A DNA stretch of 49,424 nt, taken from NCBI GenBank assembly GCA_046734675.1, contig JBKPRU010000021.1, positions 1 to 49,424 of the forward strand, read 5' to 3'. Each line of letters opens with the position of its first letter. The first letter of the stretch is position 1. The stretch is from Acidobacteriota bacterium. GTDB lineage: Bacteria; Acidobacteriota; Vicinamibacteria; Vicinamibacterales; 2-12-FULL-66-21. Positions 1-6,113 of this stretch are shown piece after piece. The translations under genes and the position numbers were made by a program. The notes beneath the pieces are model-generated. The model made no database searches, was not told the DNA's origin, and saw only the letters and a list, made by a program, of their open reading frames with translations.

Positions 1-782
1 AAGTTGAGGAAATTCGTGACCACCTGCCCGAGCGCTTCCGTCTCCTCCCGAATGCCCTGCACGTAGGGACGGAAGTCATTGGGCAGACGGTCGAGATCCA
101 GCAGGCGCGCGTAGCCGTGAATCGTCGCGAGCCCGTTGCGGAACTCGTGCGCGATCCCCGCCGTCAGCTCGCCGAGACGTGCGAGGCTGTCCTTCAGGCG
201 CAGCTGTTCCTCGAGCTCGGCGATCTCGCTGAGATCGCTGAAGAGACAGATCGCGCCGTGCGCGCGCCCGCTCTCGTCGCGAATCGGCGACGCGGTCACG
301 CCAAGGTGCGACGTGCCGCCGCCGGGGAGCGCAATCGTCCGCCGGACGATCGGGCGCGCCGACGAGAGGCACTCGTCGACGACGTCGGCGAGCGGCGCCG
401 CGCTCGCGAGGACGTCGCGGAAGTGTCCGGACCACTCGGCCTCAGGGAGCGCCAGGAGCTTCCGTCCCGCGGGATTGAGCGTCCGCACGTGGCGATCTTC
501 ACCGACGACGAGCAGACCGGACGTCATGCTCGCGATGATCTCGCCGCTCAGACGCTCCGACGCCTCCGCGCGCGCCTTCATCGCCTGCTCCTGCTCGCGC
601 AGGCGCTTCACGGCTTCTTCAACGGCGGCCGCCATGAAAGCGGTTTCGGCGCCCTGCGCGCGATCCGCTTTCGCGGCCGCCTTTGCGGCGGCGAAGAGGC
701 GCAGCACGGCAAACGCCAGCACCGCGGCCAGCATGCCGACGATCGCGGTCAGCCCGAGCAGGAGATAGCCGCTGCGAGTCAT
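1..782 (-). CDS. sensor histidine kinase, N-terminal part only (C-terminus lies beyond the left edge); TM segment, PAS-like region and HisKA H-box
   Basis: My own translation of the minus strand from ATG at 782-780 gives MTRSGYLLLGLTAIVGMLAAVLAF..., then ...LTAGIAHEFRNGLATIHGYARLL (H-box). No stop occurs before position 1. It is absent from the ORF track because it runs off the edge. Confidence 0.8.
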   Translation of the reverse strand, partial: MTRSGYLLLGLTAIVGMLAAVLAFAVLRLFAAAKAAAKADRAQGAETAFMAAAVEEAVKRLREQEQAMKARAEASERLSGEIIASMTSGLLVVGEDRHVRTLNPAGRKLLALPEAEWSGHFRDVLASAAPLADVVDECLSSARPIVRRTIALPGGGTSHLGVTASPIRDESGRAHGAICLFSDLSEIAELEEQLRLKDSLARLGELTAGIAHEFRNGLATIHGYARLLDLDRLPNDFRPYVQGIREETEALGQVVTNFLN

Positions 783-900
783 CTTTATTTAATGCGCGTG
801 GGGCCCCACCCCCACGCGCTCACGCGCTTCGCGCGACGCCCTTCGGGCTTGCCGCCGCTTCGCGGCGGCCGGGTGACTGGTACGGGGCGACCCGGCGACA
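783..900 (-). repeat. Family A composite hairpin element, copy A1 (core hairpin GCGCGTGGGG-N6-CCCCACGCGC at 794-819; GCCGCCGC-TTC-GCGGCGGC at 851-869)
   Basis: The same about 90-nt sequence recurs at 16583-16688, 19125-19300, 24637-24815 (opposite strand) and 39517-39626. This copy fills the pilD-to-kinase spacer. Confidence 0.9.
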
Positions 901-1680
901 CTAGTTGTAGAGATGCAGGTACCAATCAAGGATCTGTTCCCCCGCCACACTGGCAACGAACGCCGCGACGGCGAGCATGGTGCCGAACGGCAAGGCCGTC
1001 GACATGCCGCCGCGCCGCGACACCACGACGAACAACCCGATCACCCCGCCCATCAGCGACGACAGGATGAAGGTGAGGAGCGTCAGCTTCAGACCGAGAA
1101 ACGCGCCAATCATCGCCAGCATCTTCACGTCACCAAACCCCATCGCTTCGACGCCGCGCAGCCGCAGCCACACCTCGATGATGAGCCACAGCAATCCCCC
1201 GCCGACCGCGATCCCCGCCAGAGACATCAGCGGCCCCGGCGGAAGAAACAGGCTCGCGGCGAAGCCGGCGACGATGCCCGGCAGCGTGATCACGTTGGGC
1301 AGCAGCTGGTGCTCCAGGTCGATCGCGAACAGCACGATCATCGCGCACGCGAACAGGACACGGACGAGAAAGAGCGGTGTGGGACCGAATGCCGCGAAGA
1401 CGATCACGAATGCGGACGCGGTCACGAGCTCGACGATCGGATAACGGATCGAGATGCGCGTGCCGCACGTCCGGCAGCGGCCGCGAAGCGCCGCGTAGCT
1501 GAGGACGGGGATGTTCTCGAACCAGGCGAGCGGACGCTCGCACGAGGCGCATCGCGACGCCGGCCACACGATCGAGCGCTTCAGCGGAATCCGATAGATG
1601 CAGACGTTCAGGAAGCTGCCCACCAGCAGGCCGACGATGAAGACCACGGCCGTCGCGAAGAACGGCGGAACGGTGCTCAC
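901..1680 (-). CDS. pilD: prepilin peptidase / N-methyltransferase (A24 family)
   Basis: VSTVPPFFATAVVFIVGLLVGSFLNVCIYRIP..., CxxC...CxxC motif (CASCERPL...CRTCGTRIS), GFGDVKMLAMIGAFLG. The GTG start at 1680 overlaps the upstream stop (GTGA). The longer track ORF to 2538 is Arg/Ala-rich shadow sequence. Confidence 0.9.
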   Translation of the reverse strand: MSTVPPFFATAVVFIVGLLVGSFLNVCIYRIPLKRSIVWPASRCASCERPLAWFENIPVLSYAALRGRCRTCGTRISIRYPIVELVTASAFVIVFAAFGPTPLFLVRVLFACAMIVLFAIDLEHQLLPNVITLPGIVAGFAASLFLPPGPLMSLAGIAVGGGLLWLIIEVWLRLRGVEAMGFGDVKMLAMIGAFLGLKLTLLTFILSSLMGGVIGLFVVVSRRGGMSTALPFGTMLAVAAFVASVAGEQILDWYLHLYN

Positions 1681-2573
1681 GATCCGCTGTCCGGTCTCTG
1701 CCCGGGCAGCGGGAAGAGCTTCGACTCGCGCGCGACCGTCACGCGGCCGGTCGCCGGATCGAGCACGAACGGCACCTGCGACGAATCGATGGGCACGCCG
1801 GGAACAAGCCGTGCCGCGACCAGGGCCGGCCATGTGACCGGCGCGTTCGGATGCTCGGCGCGAAAGCGCGCGACGCGCGCCTCGAGCATCTCGATGGTGT
1901 CCATCGCATCGAGCTGCTTCAAGCGCAGCGTGGCGGAATCGCGCAGCCATGGCTCCTCGGACTGCGCGAGCTGCTGCCACAACGTCCGCGACGCGCTGCG
2001 ATGGCCGCCCTCGGCCAGCGTGACCGCGGCAAGCGGGCGAAGCCATGACGGCGCTCCCGGCACGTCTGCGGCTCGCTGGAACCACGACGCGGCCGCCTTG
2101 TAGTCCTGCATGTGCCAGTAGTAGACGAACCCGAGGTCCTGCATGTACTGCCACTTGTGCGGCTGTTCCGCGAGTCCCTTCTGCAGCAGCGCGACCGCGA
2201 GGTCCGGCCGTTGTGGCCCGCCGGGATGCGGCTCGCCCAGGAAGATCGCGCCGAAGCGATACGCGATGCTGAAATACGGGTCGAGGCTGGTTGCGAGATC
2301 GAGCAGCGGATAGAGCAGCGCGTAACTCCGGACGTGCCCTGGCGGCGACAGGCGCTCGCGTCCGAAATGCTGCAGGGCGCGGATCCAGTACACGTCGGCC
2401 GCGAACCCGTGATAGCCGAGCGCGACGCGTTTCATCGCCGCCGGCGATCGCACGTAGAGCAGGTCGGGACGATCCACGACCGGTGCGGGTGCGTGCGCGT
2501 CCTGCGCGGCATGGAGGCCCACGGCCGCGGCAAGGCACAGCGCGGCGGCACCCCCGGCGGCGGCGCGCCTCAC
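1677..2573 (-). CDS. hypothetical exported helical-repeat (TPR-like) protein, third gene of the ABC module
   Basis: Protein-like part of track ORF 1677..3449: signal-like AAGGAAALCLAAAVGLHAAQD, then DVYWIRALQHFG..., WQYMQDLGFVYYWHMQDYKAAASWFQRA. The GTG at 2573 overlaps the permease stop (GTGA), and its own stop overlaps the pilD start. Confidence 0.65.
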   Translation of the reverse strand: MRRAAAGGAAALCLAAAVGLHAAQDAHAPAPVVDRPDLLYVRSPAAMKRVALGYHGFAADVYWIRALQHFGRERLSPPGHVRSYALLYPLLDLATSLDPYFSIAYRFGAIFLGEPHPGGPQRPDLAVALLQKGLAEQPHKWQYMQDLGFVYYWHMQDYKAAASWFQRAADVPGAPSWLRPLAAVTLAEGGHRSASRTLWQQLAQSEEPWLRDSATLRLKQLDAMDTIEMLEARVARFRAEHPNAPVTWPALVAARLVPGVPIDSSQVPFVLDPATGRVTVARESKLFPLPGQRPDSGS

Positions 2574-3376
2574 TTGAGATCCCTCCGCGCGAAGATCACG
2601 CACGCCAGGAACAGCAGCGCCGCGATGTAGACCACCGCGTACATCGTCGTCCACGCGAGATACCCGGCGGTCACCGGGATGCCGTGGACCACCGCCAGCT
2701 TCACGTCGAAGCGCGCGAAGTCGGGCAGCACGTAGTAGCACGCCTTGCCGATCCATGCGGCGGCCGGCGAGCTGACGATCTCGTCGAAGCGCTTCAGGTC
2801 CGCGTTGAACTGTCCGGCCACGTAGAGGCCGAGCGTGAACACCGCCGAAAGCATCGGACTCGAATACGTCGAGAACAATACGGCGAGCGCGGTGACCAGC
2901 GCGAGGTCGACGTAGATCAGCGCGATCGCCTCGAGCAGCGCCGGATCGAGCGCCGGCGCATCCCACGCGCGCTGGATGTTGTCGGGAACGCCGCGCGACA
3001 GGAAGAACAGGACCGTGTAGAGCGCGACCGTCATGACGACGACGTTCACCAGCAGCGTGAGCAGCAGGCCCGCGTACTTGCCGACGACGAACTCGGAGCG
3101 GCGAATCGGTTTCGCGAACAGCGGATAGACGCTGCGCCGCTCCACTTCCTTCGACACCAGGTTGATGCCGACGAAGATGGAGATGAAAAGGCCGAAGAGC
3201 GACGTCGCGGTGAGGCCCAGGTCCTTGATGATCTTGACGTCCTGCCCCGCCGTCAGCTGACCGATGAGAATCGAGGCGCCGACCAGCAGCACCGCGAACA
3301 ACACGAGGTTGTAGAACACGCGATCGCGGACCGACTCGCGGAAGACGGCAATCGCGACGAAGCGGGCCGCGTTCAT
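2570..3376 (-). CDS. ABC-2 type transporter permease
   Basis: 268-aa polytopic protein (MNAARFVAIAVFRESVRDRVFYNLVLFAVLLVG...), typical of ABC-2/NosY-like permeases. ATGA overlap with the ATPase gene. Confidence 0.85.
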   Translation of the reverse strand: MNAARFVAIAVFRESVRDRVFYNLVLFAVLLVGASILIGQLTAGQDVKIIKDLGLTATSLFGLFISIFVGINLVSKEVERRSVYPLFAKPIRRSEFVVGKYAGLLLTLLVNVVVMTVALYTVLFFLSRGVPDNIQRAWDAPALDPALLEAIALIYVDLALVTALAVLFSTYSSPMLSAVFTLGLYVAGQFNADLKRFDEIVSSPAAAWIGKACYYVLPDFARFDVKLAVVHGIPVTAGYLAWTTMYAVVYIAALLFLACVIFARRDLK

Positions 3377-4335
3377 GCGATCGACCTCGGGCGCGCGCCC
3401 TCCCCCACCTCCGTGACGCGCCGCACGAACAGATCCTCGAGCGTTTCACGGATGGGATTCAGCGCGACCAGCGTGCCGCCGGCCGCCGTCACCTCCGCGA
3501 GGAGCTGCTCCGGACGGGCGTCCGCGGGGATGTCGATCGAGAAGCGGTCGCCGGTGATGGGCGTCACCGAGCGCACCCGCGGCCGGATCTTCTCGATCAC
3601 CTGCGGCGGCACGCGCGCGACGACGAGTTCCCACCCGTGGACCGCGAACTCCTGCAGGTCCGACAGGCGGCCGGTCGCGGCCAGCCGTCCCTTGGCGAGG
3701 ATCGCGACCCGGCTGCAGAGCGCCTCGGCGTCCGAGAGGATGTGCGAACTGAAGAAGATCGTGCGTCCCTGATCGCGAAGCTCGAGGGTGAGGGCGCGCA
3801 CGTCGCGGCGACCCAGCGGATCGAGCCCCGACATCGGTTCGTCGAGAATGATCAGTTCGGGATCGTTCAGCAGTGCCTGCGCGAGGCCGACGCGCTGCAG
3901 CATGCCTTTCGAGAAGCGCCGCAGCGGCAGCCGGCGCTCGGCGCCGATGCTCAGGCGGTCGAGCACGCCGCGCACGCGCCCGGTACGCTCGGCCGCACCC
4001 ATGCCGAAAAGCCGCGCGTAGTAATCGAGCAGCTCCTCGGCGGTCAGGTGATCGTAGAAATACGGGTTCTCGGGAAGGTAGCCGATGCGCCGCCGGACCG
4101 CCACGTCTCCGACCGGGCGTCCGAGGATCTCGGCGTCGCCGCGCGTGGGAAACACCAGCTGCATCAGCAGCTTCAGCGTCGTCGTCTTGCCGGCGCCGTT
4201 CGGCCCCAGGAAGCCGAAGACATCACCGGGGGCGACCTCGATCGAAAGACGATCCAATGCCCGGTAAGGGCGGGGACGCCAGAACCCGACCGGGAAGTCT
4301 TTCGTCAGCTCACGAGTGCGAATCGCGGGGACCAC
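3373..4335 (-). CDS. ABC transporter ATP-binding protein
   Basis: Walker A GPNGAGKTT, signature FSKGMLQRVGLAQAL, Walker B LIILDEP. The start is a GTG. Confidence 0.9.
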   Translation of the reverse strand: MVPAIRTRELTKDFPVGFWRPRPYRALDRLSIEVAPGDVFGFLGPNGAGKTTTLKLLMQLVFPTRGDAEILGRPVGDVAVRRRIGYLPENPYFYDHLTAEELLDYYARLFGMGAAERTGRVRGVLDRLSIGAERRLPLRRFSKGMLQRVGLAQALLNDPELIILDEPMSGLDPLGRRDVRALTLELRDQGRTIFFSSHILSDAEALCSRVAILAKGRLAATGRLSDLQEFAVHGWELVVARVPPQVIEKIRPRVRSVTPITGDRFSIDIPADARPEQLLAEVTAAGGTLVALNPIRETLEDLFVRRVTEVGEGARPRSIA

Positions 4336-4355
4336 GCGTCAAATTGAAAAGGGGA

Positions 4356-5555
4356 CTACTTGGATGCCCCTTTCAATTCCAGTTCCAATGCCTCTTCGAA
4401 GTATTGCGCCGGCAGCCCGCCCTTCAGCAGACGGCCATTAATAAAGAAGGTAGGCGTGGAAGTGACGCCCAGCACGGAGCCGGTCGACGCGTCCGTCTTC
4501 ACTTCCTGAATGGCTTTCGCGTACTGCGCGTCGAAATCTGTAATCCCACCGACAGTTTTGGCAGCGTCGCGGACCGTGGCGGGACTGAGCGTGCCCTGGT
4601 TGGTGAAGAACCAGGCGGTGAGCTTGTCGAAGGTCCCCTTCGACTGCGCCATCACCGCGGCGGCCGCCGCCTCGCACGCCGCCGGGTGCACCATCGTCGG
4701 CACCGACGAGTTGCACTGCGGGTTCAGCGGATAGTGCTTCATCAGGTACTTCACGCCGCGCGGCTCGTACTTCGCGAGGATCGATTCATACGCCTCGTAG
4801 GTCTGCTTGCACGGCGGGCACTGGTAGTCGTTGAACTTCACGACCAGCACCTTGGCGCCGTCGGCCGAATACGGCACCTGCACCTTCGGCTGCATCTCGT
4901 ACCAGCGCTGGAACTCGCTCCGCTGCTGCTCCGTGAGCGGCGCCGGCGCGGCGCCCGAGGCCGCGCTCTGTGACGCGTCGTGCGGGAAGAGCGCGACGGC
5001 CGATACCGCGCCCGCCAGGAAGAGCAGCGCGACGACAATCGCGAGCGGCGTCGTGACGAGCACGCGCAAATCGCGCGACGCGCGTCTCGGAAGACTGGTC
5101 ATAGGCAAGGAACTCGCTCCTCCGGAGATGATGAAGATGCCAATCACCGCGACGTAGGTCGCCACGCACAACGGGCACACCGCCTTGAGGATGAAGAAGG
5201 AGGCGTACGCGAGATACAGGACCACGGCGAGCGCGATCGTCGATGCCGCGAACACGTAGGCCGGCGCGCTGTCCGAAATACGGCTCTTCCCGCCCGCGCC
5301 CCAGACGAGGATCAGCACGAAGAGGAAGAAGACGAGGCCGCCGAGGGCGACCGGCACTCCGGCCAGCGATCCGTAGCGGCTCAGGTATGCCTGCGTGCAG
5401 CTGACGGTCGCATTGATGTCGCAGAAGCTCGTATAGGCCGGGTTCTTCAGCAGGTTGTAGTGCACGTAGGCCGACGCCGCGGACGCCAGCAGTCCGAGCA
5501 GCCCGAATCCGAGCAGAAGCCGTCGCGCGCGTGCTGACATCGGGAAAACCCTCAT
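4356..5555 (-). CDS. VKOR-domain / DsbA-like thioredoxin fusion (disulfide-bond-forming oxidoreductase)
   Basis: The N-terminal half has several TM helices with Cys pairs (FCDINATVSC, AVCPLC), typical of VKOR. The C-terminal half is a thioredoxin fold with CPPC (FNDYQCPPCKQ). An alternative start ATG at 5540 has a better GAGGG Shine-Dalgarno. Confidence 0.85.
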   Translation of the reverse strand: MRVFPMSARARRLLLGFGLLGLLASAASAYVHYNLLKNPAYTSFCDINATVSCTQAYLSRYGSLAGVPVALGGLVFFLFVLILVWGAGGKSRISDSAPAYVFAASTIALAVVLYLAYASFFILKAVCPLCVATYVAVIGIFIISGGASSLPMTSLPRRASRDLRVLVTTPLAIVVALLFLAGAVSAVALFPHDASQSAASGAAPAPLTEQQRSEFQRWYEMQPKVQVPYSADGAKVLVVKFNDYQCPPCKQTYEAYESILAKYEPRGVKYLMKHYPLNPQCNSSVPTMVHPAACEAAAAAVMAQSKGTFDKLTAWFFTNQGTLSPATVRDAAKTVGGITDFDAQYAKAIQEVKTDASTGSVLGVTSTPTFFINGRLLKGGLPAQYFEEALELELKGASK

Positions 5556-5558
5556 ATT

Positions 5559-6113
5559 CTACTTTATTTCCGTGCCTTTGCCGGGGTTCCCCGTCTCGGG
5601 CATCTTCTCGAGGTACGTCTCGGCGTCCTCGTAGAGCACGCGGTCCGCGTTGATCGCGAAGAAGCGCTCGCCGCTGATCCCCGGGGTTGCCGGATCGGCG
5701 GTCACCGCGTAGCCCTCCGCGACCGCCGTGCCGTTGCACGCGGGCGCGGCACCGTCGACTGGCTTCGCGGTCATTGCGAAGAGGTACCCGGATTTCTCGA
5801 ACTGATCCGCCGACGTCAGATCCGGGCTGAGGAACGCTTCGCCGCTCTGCGGCACCGGCTGCCCGAGTGCCGGCAGCGAGGCGGCGTACTTCTGGCTGCC
5901 GCACGTCTGCGCGAACTGCCACTGGGCCGCGGCAATCGAGCGCAGCGACGCGATGGCCGACGCTTCGTTGCCACGCGCGTGCATGTTGCGATAGGTCGCG
6001 AACGCAATGGCGAGGACGATGCCGATGATCGCGAGGACGATCATCAGCTCGATCAGCGTGAAGCCCTGCTGCGCGTCTCCTCCGCCTGAAGTCGGAAGCC
6101 GCGGGGCTTCCAA
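5559..6113 (-). CDS. type IV pilin-like protein (fourth paralogue); start uncertain
   Basis: ...DAQQ/GFTLIELMIVLAIIGIVLAIAFATYRNMHARGNEASAIASLRSIAAAQ matches the class III signal and N-terminal helix of the other three pilins, and it has two Cys. No ATG or GTG precedes the G/F cleavage site. The only candidate start is TTG at 6113, and the frame stays open upstream into the YfhO-like gene. Confidence 0.55.
   Translation of the reverse strand: MEAPRLPTSGGGDAQQGFTLIELMIVLAIIGIVLAIAFATYRNMHARGNEASAIASLRSIAAAQWQFAQTCGSQKYAASLPALGQPVPQSGEAFLSPDLTSADQFEKSGYLFAMTAKPVDGAAPACNGTAVAEGYAVTADPATPGISGERFFAINADRVLYEDAETYLEKMPETGNPGKGTEIK

Noticed and set aside
783-900. Recurrent peptide MRVGPHPHAL...(R)ATPFGLAA... 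produced when Family A elements are translated (seen in several track ORFs).
   Set aside because: Conservation is at the nucleotide and hairpin level, and copies occur on both strands and in different frames relative to any start. They have no ribosome-binding context. This is a repeat element, not a gene family.
901-2538. 545-aa version of PilD, and the similarly extended track ORFs for rpoA (to 37344), rplE (to 46141), secY (to 42637), map (to 40604) and pilR (to 15092).
   Set aside because: The N-terminal extensions are non-protein-like and overlap the upstream genes. Internal starts give canonical N-termini and tight or overlapping junctions.
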